Origin: Lama guanicoe
Taxonomy: Eukaryota
Direction: 5' to 3'
DNA length: 64,000 nucleotides
Assembly: GCA_013239625.1 (NCBI GenBank)
Contig: MU055744.1
Span: forward strand, 588,355-652,354
In this document: positions 39,922 through 50,132 of the stretch, piece by piece
Position numbering within the stretch: position 1 is the first letter of the stretch
How the letters are laid out: every line of letters starts with the position of its first letter
Translations under genes and position numbers: made by a program
Notes under the pieces: generated by a model
The model's database searches: none
Told to the model about the DNA's origin: nothing
What the model saw: the letters and a program-made list of their open reading frames with translations, nothing else

Positions 39922-39935
39922 CCACGAGGGGGCGC
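39922..39935 (+). promoter_or_regulatory. Candidate CTCF site
   Basis: CCACGAGGGGGCGC(TG) is a near-consensus CTCF core. A reverse-oriented TCAGCAGGTGGCCG lies at 39805-39818. Confidence 0.45.
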
Positions 39936-41389
39936 TGCTGAGGTTGGGCACCTGCCCCGCTGCGCTGGTCAGTTGTCCACGGCGGCCGTGAGCATCCTTG
40001 TCGTTAAGAGGAGCCAGGACGGGCGGCCGTCCGGGGCTGTGCAGGTGCTGGTTCTTGCTCTGCGCGAAAGCCTGAGCCGGGCCAGCTGCGCCGTAGTTCC
40101 AGTTCTGAGATTTGATGATTTATATTTCAACCCCAAGTAAAATTTAGAACAGCCCTGTCATCGTGGCAGGCGCAGGATTCTGGTGGGGGGGGGTCGCTCC
40201 CTTGGGACAGATGGAGACTTCCAGATGGCTCCTGGCTCTCCTGCCTTCCCGGCTGGGACTTCTGCCACATACTGGGGTGGGCGGGAAGCTCCAGGAATCA
40301 GATAACTGGCCGCCCCCACGCGTATATCTGATTAGTCACTGTGACAATGCCGAGCACGGCGAGCAGCTCAAGGTGGGCTGAAGAAACTGGGGGAAACTGG
40401 CAGGAGGCGACGTGGGCTGGAAGCCCGGGGTGGGCGTTTGGGGGGAGCACGAGAGCGCGGGTGTCCTCGGCCCCTCCCCACACCCCGTGCCTCACGGAAG
40501 CCTCCTCTTTGTAAAGGTAAGCGACCGCTGACCATTTACCACGCAGCCTTCGTATCTCAGGGCCGCGGTACCGTAGGAGCTTGTCACAGCCGTGCGGAGA
40601 GTGGGTGGCGGGTCCGCCCCGCGGGGACCTGGGAAGCAGACCCCCAGCCGTCCGGCTCCGCCTGTCGGCGATACGGCGCTCACTGCGCTTCGTACCACTT
40701 TACCTCCACGTCTCCCTGCATCCGTCAAGTCAGGGAGGCCTGCCTAGAGCCTCCAGCTCGGGCAGAAAGGATCTGTCCTATTTCCAAGGCTGAGTCGCTC
40801 TGTTCCAGAAAATACTTCGCTGGTCTTTGGAACTCGACGGCTTTAGAAGAAAGTTCTGCCTCTTGCTGTTTGGCGTCCGGAAATGCCCAGGGGTTTTCCA
40901 GCCTCGTACGACCTCAGACTCCCGGGCTCACTGTTTCCTGCCTGCAGGCGGCTCAGCTCTTCCCTAAGCTCCTCTCCTTGTGACGCCCCCCCAGCCCCCG
41001 ACAGCCAGCACCGACAGACACACGCCGCTGAAGGCGCGCATTTGCAGGCTCTCTCCCCGGGCCTGCGGAGCGTGCTCTGGGGACCCGCCTTCCCAGTCAC
41101 CAGGAGCAGCGCCCTGAGCAAGCAAAACTCGCTGGCGCTCCAGCGCCCGCTCCGGCCGCCAGGCTGGTGCCGTGGGGTTCACCCTTGCCGCAGTGGCACT
41201 GCCCCTCTGACGCCAGTTCTGCATCGGACGGCGGTGTGCGACAGCTGCTGGGACAAGCTGCCGTCACACTGCAGCGCAGGGCACACGTGGGTGGGCCGGG
41301 GGCCTGGGGGCTCTGCGCTGGGAGAAGGTGCCAGGGTTTCAGGGGCCAGTCCCACAAGGGGCTGCGTGACCTCTGTCAATCTGCCATCT

Positions 41390-42085
41390 GTACGGGTGCA
41401 GCTGTTACAGAAAACAGCGTGGAGAATCCTGCAACAGCTGAACACAGACTCACCCTGTGGTCCGGCAGCCCCGCTCCCGGGCATACATCCGGAGGGAACT
41501 CTAATCTGAAAAGACACGTGCACCCCAGTGTTCACAGCAGCACTGTTTACAATGGCCAAGACATGGAAGAAACCTCAAAGTCCAGACAGATGACGGGATA
41601 AAGAAGGTCTGGTTATACATATATACAATGGAATACTCCTCAGCCATAAGAAAGAATAAAATAATGCCACTTGCAGCAACTGGGTGGACCCAGAGATGGT
41701 CACACTAAGTGAAGTGAGCCAGACAGAGAAAGACAAACACCATGTGAGATCATACATACGTGGAGTCTAAAACTTGGCGCAAGTGAACTTATTTATAAAA
41801 CAGAAACAGACTCACAGACACAGAGAACAAACTTACAACTGAGGGGGGAGAGGAAGAGGAATGAGTTAGGAGCTTGGGATGAGCAGAGACGAACTACGAC
41901 ACGTAAAACGGGCGGACGGCAAGGTCCTGCTGCGCAGCACAGGGAACTGCATCCCACACCTGGGAATAACCTGTAATGGGAAAGAATACACACGCGTACA
42001 ACTGAATCGCTGTGCTGCGCACCAGGAACTGGCACAACGCTGTGAACCAACTGTGTACCTCAGTAACAGACGGACTAACTAACAG
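41390..42085 (+). mobile_element. LINE-1 3' end, same family as 4597-5160
   Basis: aaaacagcgtggagaatcct...gggcatacatccggagggaactctaat...caatggaatactcctcagccataagaaagaataaaataatgcc...acagaaacagactcacagaca. Confidence 0.9.
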
Positions 42086-42490
42086 AGCCGCTCCGTCCGT
42101 GTTTGCACTTACACGTGGAAGCCAGCCAGGCCGGGCAGGCAGCGGGAGGTGACGGAGTCCTGACTCCTTGAAGGACCTGAACCTCAGGCCGGGTCTAGAA
42201 GAAACACAGGGCGCCCGTCTGCACGAGCCTTTCGCTGACGACGTGTGAGGGGCACCACGGGGAGACGCCTCGTTCCCCCGGCCAGACTGGGCCCTCCTTC
42301 ACGGTGGGAATAAACTCACCTGCGCACCAGAGGGGGCTCTGCAGCCGGTAGGCACTCTGCGAGGTGGGGGGTGGGGTCAGAGCTCGGCTTTGTCTTTCTT
42401 CATTAACTAAGAAAAGAAGCCCCCCCCCCGGCCTTGAGAAGAGAGGGTCCAGGTTTGGGGTTTTCCTCCGTTGCTAATGACTGGGTTACA

Positions 42491-42577
42491 ATTGTTTCTT
42501 GTTGGAGGTACTGGGGATTGAGCCCCGGACCTCATGCACACTAAGCACGTGCTCTACCACTGAGCTACAGCCCCCCC
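42491..42577 (-). mobile_element. tRNA-Ala-derived SINE (camelid Vic-1 type)
   Basis: Minus strand GGGGGGCTGTAGCTCAGTGGTAGAGCACGTGCTTAGTGTGCATGAGGTCCGGGGCTCAATCCCCAGTACCTCCA plus an A-rich tail. A and B boxes are visible; the B box is mutated. Confidence 0.85.
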
Positions 42578-42611
42578 AGGCTGCAGTCTTAATGGCCACT
42601 GAGCCTCCTCT

Positions 42612-42712
42612 CGGGGTGATCAACCATCCTGGTTTGTCCAGGACTGAGGGGTTTCCCAGGAAGTGGGAAGTTTGGTGCTGAAACCTGGAGGACCCAGGGT
42701 GACCAGGACAAG
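42612..42712. mobile_element. MER81-like (hAT-Blackjack) MITE remnant
   Basis: ggggtgatcaaccatcctggtttgtccaggactgaggggtttcccagg...gtgctgaaacc. Confidence 0.6.
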
Positions 42713-42919
42713 GGGCCCCCCGCTCTTCCTGATCATGGGGGCTGGGAGAGGACAGAAAACTTAGGGCAGAAGGCACCTTGTGTGCAGAGGGATGAAAGGA
42801 TGGGGGGCTGAGCCTGAGGTCCTCGGGCAACCACAGTCCTCCGGGGATGGGGTCACTGTCCCACACACACAGCTCCCCCTCTGAAGCGGGCTGGACTCTC
42901 CCACTTTCAGCCACTTCTC

Positions 42920-43200
42920 CCAGTGTCATTTCCAGCTCTTTGCTCCCATTCCTAGGCATGCCCCCTCCTTAGTGCTACAAAGTGCAAAACTCAGACCCCA
43001 GGGCACAGGTGTGGTTTGGCCTGTGCAGAGAGGAGCATGGCTCTCCCCTCCCTCATTCTAGACGCTATGCCTTCATTAATGCAGCCAAAAAGCAAAACAA
43101 GTGTCCCATTTCTGGTGAGCAGCCTCGTGCTCCACCTGGACCCAACTGAGCCTGAAGGTGACCAGGTGGCCCCTTCCAAGTCCTTTTCTTGTAAATCGCC
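42920..43200 (-). mobile_element. CR1/L3 LINE remnant
   Basis: Minus-strand translation FGCINEGIASRMREGRAMLLSAQAKPHL resembles the CR1 ORF2 motif [28 protein letters not shown]. Confidence 0.65.
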
Positions 43201-44780
43201 CTCAAGGCGTTGGATCGTTGGGACAGCTTGTAACCTAGTGGTGAAGAGGAGGGGAGGGGACTGAGATAAGTGGGTTGTGGTGGGCTGGGGCAAGAGTGTC
43301 ATGCTGGTTCCAGGGTCTGGGGCCAGCCACAGCTCCCAAACTTCAGCTTTCTTGGAGGGAGAGGGTGACGCTCCTCAGGCCAGGAGAGAGACGGAGGGAG
43401 CCAGCATCCCTCGTGGGCTCTGACACAAAGGAGGCTGACAGGCTGGCTCCGGCTCTGACCCCACAGGGCACACCCTGGGCACGAGGAAGCAGAGCCTCCG
43501 CTGGGGCCCTGCCCTCTCCAGGGGGTGCTGCCCTCCTGCCTCGTGTCCTCCTGTCCTGTGTCCCAGCTCCCAACACCCTCAACAGAGCAGCCATGGCCCA
43601 GCCTGGGGGAAGGCGCCTGGGCCGTGGAGGGCAGTCCTGGAAGCAGGCAGAGGCTGCTGGGAGGAGGTCTGGGCCAGCTGGGGAGGGGTGGGCGACGCCC
43701 ACGCCCACGGACTCCCCCCACCAAGGTCGTCTGTCCTCCGGTGGCCCCCGCGTGCGTCCGATGCACGTGCACGTATAATACAAGGGGCTTCACTGCCGCA
43801 GGCGGTTGGTTCCACCAGCCCCTTGCTGCCCCAATGACCTTTGGCCGCATTTCTATAAACACTTAAAAAATAAGTCTTGGCAAGTCCTGAAAGCAAAGGA
43901 GTATTTATAAATAAATTACAGCAAGGCTCAAATTAAATACTTACCAAAATCGTTTGAAAAAGAAAAAGCTCCTAGCCCAGCTCCCGGTTACGCAGGTTCT
44001 AAGCTACCGCTGAAGCAGTTTCAGGCCGGCCGCGCTGAGCACGCCTCCGCGGCCGGCGGTGCAGCTCTGCCCCTACGGTAACAGCGCAGCACTTAAGAAA
44101 TCAAGGTTTCTGGAGGGGAGGGTCCTTCCAGGAGAATCCTTCAGGCCTGAAAGGTCGAGGCGCGGGCTGAAGCTCCGGCTGCCTTCCCAGCTGCGCCGGT
44201 GGGCACTGTCTCCTCCGCTGGAGGCGCGGCCTCTGTGAAAGGGAGGTGCAGCGGGCGGGGGGGGCGGCGGCACATGGGGGAGCCCCCGCACCTGATCACC
44301 CCCGACTGTGGGCCCTGGGGTGTCGTGGGCTCTTTGCTGCCCTAGAAGTTTGCGCATCAAACCCAGGGCCGGAGTGGGAGGAGCGACGCACACGCTCAGT
44401 GACGAGCTCCCACACCCATCCGGGCACTGTCATCGCCCCAGGTCCGCAAAAGGACAAAGACGACTGTTCCGCCGTGGGGCCCCCCCGGGCCCTGGAGGGG
44501 AGCGCTTTGGCCCCGCTCTCAGGTTCCGGGGGCAGGAAGGGCCGTCCTCCCCTGCACCAGCTCCCCAGGCCCGCACCGCTCTGTCCTGCCCTGGCTGAGC
44601 GCCAGCACGAGGAGCAAGGGGGGACGGGCTCCGGGGTGAGACGCGCGCCCTCCAGGAAGGGAGGGCACGCCAGGGAACAGGGCTCAACTCTTCCGCTCCC
44701 ACGGGGATGGTGGTGCAGCGCCCCGCGGTCCCTTCCTGGGGAGGGCTCTGGACCAGCTGCCCCCACTGGCCCTGGCCAGC

Positions 44781-45104
44781 CTAGGTGGCCCGCACCTTCA
44801 CCTCCTACCACTTGTAGCTGTGGTTGGGCCCTTTCCCCGACCTCCAGTTGACGTCGTTTGCAAAGTCTTGTGGGGTTCCGCGAGGTAACGGCCGTTCAGG
44901 CTCGACACGTGACAACTGTTGTCCCCCCAGCCCCCCGGTGCTGACACGTGGCGGCCGTGGTCCCCCCAGGCCCCAGGTGCTGACTCGTGACGGCTGTGGT
45001 CCCCCCAGGCCCCAGGTGCTGCTCCGCACAGTTCACATCACTTTTGTCTGTGTCTTTGTCTTTGGTGGAGAAGGCGTGGTTGTTGTGGGACATCAGGGAA
45101 TCGC
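44781..45104 (-). pseudogene. FCN2: Ficolin (FCN2 type) terminal exon 8 equivalent, disabled
   Basis: cttttccag|DSLMSHNNHAFSTKDKDTDKSDVNCAEQH...NSCHVSSLNGRYLAEPHK.FANDVNWRSGKGPNHSYKW*EVKVRAT*. Frameshifts, an internal 39-bp triplication and a premature TAG. CHV, FAN and terminal RAT resemble recalled FCN2/pig ficolin-alpha. Confidence 0.93.
44905..45021. repeat. 39-bp x3 tandem repeat inside ficolin pseudo-exon 8
   Basis: Units at 44905-44943, 44944-44982 and 44983-45021, each close to acacgtgrcggcygtggtccccccaggccccaggtgctg. Confidence 0.92.
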
Positions 45105-45630
45105 CTGGAAAAGCGGCCCCACAGGCACTCAGGGCTAGGAAGTCCTGGGTGCTGGGTCCAGGTCAGGGCTGTCATGTCCAGGGCTGCCACCCCCACGACC
45201 CCAGTGAACACCCTCTGCTGACACAGTCGCCCTGGGACCCCCTCATCGGTCTGCCGCTGCCGGCTAAGGGCACCCTTCCACTCGGATGGGGGCCACTGTG
45301 GCCCAGGAGCTCGTCCGCTCCTCAGGCAGAGCCCCAGGGCCGGAGGAGGGAGCCCTCAGGGGGGCGTGCCGACTTGCCATCCTTCCGCGTCTTCATCAGG
45401 GCTGGTGATAAACAGTAACGCCCCCGCCTGCTGGGCTTTGCGCATCACCCTCATGGGTGCACTTGGGAGTACACCGTGTCACCTCATCATGTGGATTCAG
45501 GCGCTGGCGGTGCTCCGTGCCCGCCACCATCTCAGAAGAGGCAGAGCCGGGACCCTGAGCGGGCTCCCTCTGCTCCCCGGGCCCGGAGCCGCACCGCAGC
45601 CCAGGCCACCGCGCCCCATGCAGACCTCGC

Positions 45631-45763
45631 CTGCCCCGCCCCGGACAAAGGCCCCAGGACCAGCCTGCGCGTCTCCGCCTCGCTCGCCATCTTGAACGCC
45701 TGCTACTGGCAAGTTGGCGGTTGCCCTCCAATTCCATGAGGCCCACCCGGAGCTCACTGGTGC
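45631..45763 (-). pseudogene. FCN2: Ficolin (FCN2 type) exon 7 equivalent, disabled
   Basis: ttccgacag|GTSELRVGLMELEGNRQLA..*QAFKMASEAETRRLVLG..FVRGGA. Two 1-bp deletions (133 vs 135 bp), Tyr TAC>TAG, and donor GT>GC. Confidence 0.92.
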
Positions 45764-46574
45764 CTGTCGGAAGGAGGTTTTCAGGGCCCAGCAGAGGCGC
45801 CTCTGCCTCCAGGCGTGGGAGATGGGAATCTGGGTAAACTCCTAAGCAATGTCTGAACTTGGCTTCCAGGGGAACTTCCTGCAAGTTCATGTAGAAGGTC
45901 CCGGTTATACGAGGGATGGACGAAGCCCACTTCCCACGGGTCCTCCCGCCACACCTGAAATTCCTCTCGCGTATTCATTTGACGGACACGTCACACTACC
46001 TCCAAAGCACGCGTTTTCCGGGACTGGCCTGCGGAGGGCTCACGGCCCACGCAGGGGGGCCGCCTTAGTCTTTCCTTTACCCGGGGAGGCCCAGCACGCA
46101 CTCGATGGGGCGGCTCAGGTGTCGGGCGTGGGGCCCTGGAGGGGAGGAGCCAGGCGGTTTTGCTGCCTGCCCAGGACCCGTCACAGGCCGGCGCCCCCGC
46201 CGTCTTCTCCCCGGGGCTGTGCAGAGTTGTGTTCTTGGGGGCTGACAGAGGACAGGGGCTGGAGACAAATCTCTCTTCCCTGAGCCTCAGCCTCTAAGGG
46301 AAGACCTGGTGGGACGTGGAATCAGGGCTGGGGTGGGGCCCAAGCGGCAGTGGCCCAGTCCCTCCTGTCCTGGGTTCTAAGACGCCAGTGGCACCGTGGC
46401 TGGACGAAGTCTTCACCCCAGGGTCCTCACGCTCTGACCCTCGTGTTCTGAGGGACTATGGTTGGCGCAGCTGTGACACTGTCCGCTGTCAGGGGGGCCC
46501 CGGGGGGCACTGAGGAGCCGGCTCCTCTGTGCGCAATGGCCCAGGTCTAAGGGCAGGGCAGGTGGGTTCCAGAC

Positions 46575-46615
46575 CCCCAGGACCACAGACCCCGGCCGGG
46601 GCTCTGCTGGAAATC
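46575..46615 (-). pseudogene. FCN2: Remnant start of the ficolin exon 6 equivalent (VFQRR...)
   Basis: ccctcccgcccag|GAT TTC CAG CAG AG resembles GTT TTC CAG CGG AG. Similarity is lost after ~40 bp, so most of the exon appears deleted. Confidence 0.45.
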
Positions 46616-46785
46616 CTGGGCGGGAGGGAGGGGGCTGGGGACACGGGGCCCTGCTGCCCCCCCGGCCCCAGGGGCCTCGGCCGCACGTGATCTCCCCGCA
46701 GGTGGAGAAGCCGGTAGGTGAGACTTCCTGGCCCGGCCCCCTCTGGCCCAGGACCACACGGCCGTCTCGGGGACCCCCAACTCAT

Positions 46786-46911
46786 GGTCCACCCCCCGCC
46801 GTCCGTGTCCATGTCACAGCACGGTCAGGGGACAGCAGCCGGGCAGGTAGATGGTGTGCCAGCCACTCAGGAAGTGTCCCCTGGTGAGCAGCTCTTCACA
46901 GGTCCCAGGTC
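46786..46911 (-). pseudogene. FCN2: Ficolin (FCN2 type) first fibrinogen-domain exon (FCN2 exon 5 equivalent), disabled
   Basis: cttcccag|[42 protein letters not shown] 2-bp deletion in the LCD codons (126 vs 128 bp) gives an immediate TGA, and the donor has changed from GT to AT (acc|atgagt). Confidence 0.93.
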
Positions 46912-47159
46912 CTGGGAAGGGAAGCCGGGAAGCGGAGGCCAGGCCAGGAGCCCCGGGCAGGGCAGGGGCAGCAGGGGGTGAGGGGGAGAACAGAGACACC
47001 TGCACGGGTGGAGGAGGACTCTGAGGCCTGGGACAGGGATGTGTGTGGTGAGGATTTACCTGGATCGGGCTGGGCAGCTGGCTTCTGGTGGGGAGAGGAG
47101 TGCGGGAGCCAGGCCAGGGCATCCCAAAGGGGTGGCGCCCTGAGACTTTGAGGAAAGAC

Positions 47160-47190
47160 CAGTAGTGTGTCAGATTGCAGCTGCTCCGGC
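47160..47190 (-). pseudogene. Possible ficolin neck mini-exon remnant
   Basis: ccccacag|gccggagcagctgcaatctgacacactactg|gt, 31 bp. PEQLQS resembles the recalled pig ficolin neck EPGQLQSCATG, at the expected position upstream of exon 5. Confidence 0.35.
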
Positions 47191-47398
47191 CTGTGGGGCA
47201 TGGAGGTGGGGCTGGGGTCGGGGAGGGGCATTAAACTGACCCCCGGAGGCCACTGACCCCTGCCCCAGGAGGGACCAGGCTGGGTGATTTTCCCATACTT
47301 CTTAAGGAAGAGTCAGATCCTGGAACCAGCTGTTACCCGGAGTCCCAGTAGAGATGGAGGTGGCAGGTCCGGGCCCCACCCCACCCCCGGCAGCCCCT

Positions 47399-48138
47399 GT
47401 CCGGCTGTGGAGTTGGCATCAGGACCCCAAGTCATGAAAGTCACGTGAGCATCGAGGGTCCATCGGAGACCACACCAGTGTCCAGGGGCGTGAGGCCCGG
47501 GACTATGGCAGCTGCTCAGAGATGCTTGCTCTCAGGGGAGGAAGAGTAGCTCTCCCTCCGCCCTGCGTTCTCAGCTGCGCCCCCGTAAACCAAGGCAGAG
47601 CAGCCAGCGAAACGCGCAGAGAAGCTTCCTCGCACGTCCACCTTGGTCCACGCCAGCGGAGTCACGGGGGAACGAGTGGCCCCCGGGGGCTGAGAATCCG
47701 GGTCTCAGCACCTTCTCGGCGGGGAGGGCGGGCAGGCCTCCTGGGCGGCGGCGGCGGCGTGGGGCCTTTGTGGGGCCTTTGTGGGGCCTGCCCGCCGCAG
47801 TGCCGCCTCTCGTCTCCTGTGTCGTGACGAGTCAGTCTTCCTGGTGGATGAAAGTCCGGGGACGGGCCGACAACCCGACTCCCTTCAGACGGGAATGAAG
47901 AGATTGCAGCCGCCCCGAGTGAGGGGAGGGAGCCCAGGACGCAGACGAGCAGGCAGCCCGGCCCCTGCAGGCCCCCTCGGCGCCCCCTGGGGGCTCAGGG
48001 TGGGAAGGCACCGGGCGCGGCCCTGGGCGGCACAGGGGCGGATCAGAGGAGGGACTTCAGTGGCCCAGGCCTTTGCCCCTTCCCGCACACAGACGAGCCC
48101 TCAGTTCCTGAACCTGGGGCCCCCGGTCTTTAATTAAC
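47399..48138 (-). mobile_element. ERV-type LTR-like element directly upstream of the FCN2-type exons
   Basis: gcagctgctcagagatgcttgctct...cagttcctgaacctggggcccccggtctttaattaaca, an MER41-like reverse LTR layout. Confidence 0.45.
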
Positions 48139-48679
48139 ACCCGTCTGTTCACGCTCCGACTCCCTGGCCTTTGTGGCAAAGCCTCCTGTGCATCCTGGCT
48201 CCTCCCCTGCCTCTTCGGAGCGGTCCCTCGGGGCCACCTGAGAGGCCTCTCCTGGGCTTGAGCCCTGCAGACGAAACACCCTCAGCCCTTAGGCTGCGTT
48301 GTTTAGCAGGCGTGAGGATCTGTCTTCAGGCAGATGGAGGGAGCTCAGAGAAAGCCTCTCCCGGCGTCTGCTGCTTGTCGAGTACCCACAGCTCAAAACG
48401 GTCACCTTGTGGAGCACTAGGCACTCCCGCAGCTCAGCGTCAGCTCTGCTCAACGCGCCCAAGTGCTGTGTTTGGAGGGGGGCGTCCCACTGCCCGGACA
48501 GGCAAGGGGAACCCGGGACGTGGCCTCCCCTGGGCGGGGGCAGGACACACCGCAGGGAGGCCCCGCAGAGCCGGGGCTGGAGGGGCCCTCCGCACCCGGG
48601 CCACGTGCGTCGGGACTGCCCACTTGGCGGGCTGTGAGCGTCTCGCCCAGTGCGGGCAGGTGAGAAGCTGACATGCACG

Positions 48680-49260
48680 GTGTTACTATTTCAGCATAAA
48701 AATTGATGTCAATTTGTTAACTTGGGAGTTGGCATAATTTAAGAGAGTCTGGCCTTGGAGTAACAACCTGATAATCTAGTTGAAAATGTGACCTTGAGCA
48801 ACGGGACGATTTTACGTGGGAATCTTGCCGCGTTTACAGTTTGTTGTTCAGAGACCCCCGAGCCATCCCGTTCGCAGGTTTACATTAGCAGATTTCTAAA
48901 AATTAGCTTAGACTCGGAAGCTCTCGTCAAAGGCAGACAACCTGGCAAACACAAATTTGTATATATCCAAGTTGAAAATGCAATTAAAATGTTTAAAGCT
49001 GTTAACTGAGTCAATGAGTGAAGCAAAAATTATCTGTAAGCCTCTGCAAAGTTTATTAAAATGTGCCTGGGCCCTCATGCCTGGCCCGAAATAAGTGCCT
49101 GTTACGTGTAGCATACGGTTCATAAGCGCAGCTTGAAAGCTTAAGGAACCAGTGGACTTCTGAATTCACAAGTTTAATAAATTGAACAAATTGCACGCGG
49201 ATTAATTTTAAAAGGTGGTAGCACACTGAGTAATCTCTGCACAAGAAGGGAAACCAAAAC
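48680..49260. mobile_element. AT-rich block, probable hAT/Charlie-type DNA transposon remnant
   Basis: Sharp compositional island with an LTR-like element nearby on each side; cttaaggaaccagtggacttctgaattcacaag resembles recalled Charlie internal sequence. Confidence 0.3.
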
Positions 49261-49671
49261 TAGCGGCGGAGCTCCGCGAGGAGAGACGGGCTCACGCTCA
49301 CGCTCACGGAGCAGGCGCTGCTCAGCGGGGGAGCCGCGGGGGCTTCTCTAGCCAGGGGTGGGCAGCTGAGCCCAGAGAAGGACAGAGGCTGCCCAGGGTG
49401 GTGAGCCAGGATGAGGGCTCCCCGGTGGCTCGCGGGGTCCTCGGGCCCCTCCCACCCTCCTCCCCGTCCCGACTCCCACACCTGCCCTCCAGCTCCCCGG
49501 ACACGTCTCCACCTGCACCGTGAGTGGCTTAGAAGCCTCTTTCCTGGCCCCTGCACAGGAACGAGACAATCCCAGCCCCCTGGGAGGCGCCCCTGGGGCT
49601 GAAGGCCTGCTCACACAGCAAGAGAAGGGTTGATCCCAGGGCAGTGATCAAAGACTAAAGTCTGGTTACGG

Positions 49672-50132
49672 TGAGACAAAGGGAGGGGGCAGGGCACAGC
49701 CAGCCAAGGGATGGCCCAGCCATTAGCACCAAGGTGGCGGGAGAGTCGACTCCCTGTGACCTTGAGCTGCACGATGCGCTCACTGCACTACATCAGCAGG
49801 GGGAGGGCCCTCACAGGCGCCAGGACGCCCCGGGCGGGCTGACCAGGAAAGGCCAGATTCCTGGGAATCCCCGCCCCCGCACCTGTCAGCCTACGATGGT
49901 CCTCAGCCCGTAAACGCCAGCCCCCGCTCAGCACGGCCCCCTCTGGTCTCTGGGAGGCTGCGCTCTGTCTGTGGAGCGTGTGTCTCTGAGTAAATCCACC
50001 CCCACTGGACTGCGGCTGGCTCCCGGACGCCTTCCTGCGGGAAGCCAAGGACCCTCACGTGGCGGGGCCGTCCCGGCTCTGGCCGGGCCCCGGGACACGC
50101 CGTCCCCTCCCCCACACTCCTGTCCCTGTACA
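49672..50132 (+). mobile_element. ERV1-class solo LTR, copy B
   Basis: TG...CA termini. Collinear with 6781-7228, including a 105-bp identical tract. Confidence 0.75.

Noticed and set aside
42502-42577. tRNA-Ala-like gene
   Set aside because: Anticodon AGC>AGT, B-box GTTC>GCTC, an A-rich tail and a second copy at 35.2 kb indicate a tRNA-derived SINE.
44905-45021. CRISPR-like repeat array
   Set aside because: Head-to-tail tandem units without unique spacers, in mammalian DNA, derived from a ficolin exon.
6781-50132. LTR pair interpreted as the two ends of one provirus
   Set aside because: The 43 kb between them holds ancient host sequence (MIR, L3, ficolin exons), with no gag/pol/env and no shared target-site duplication.
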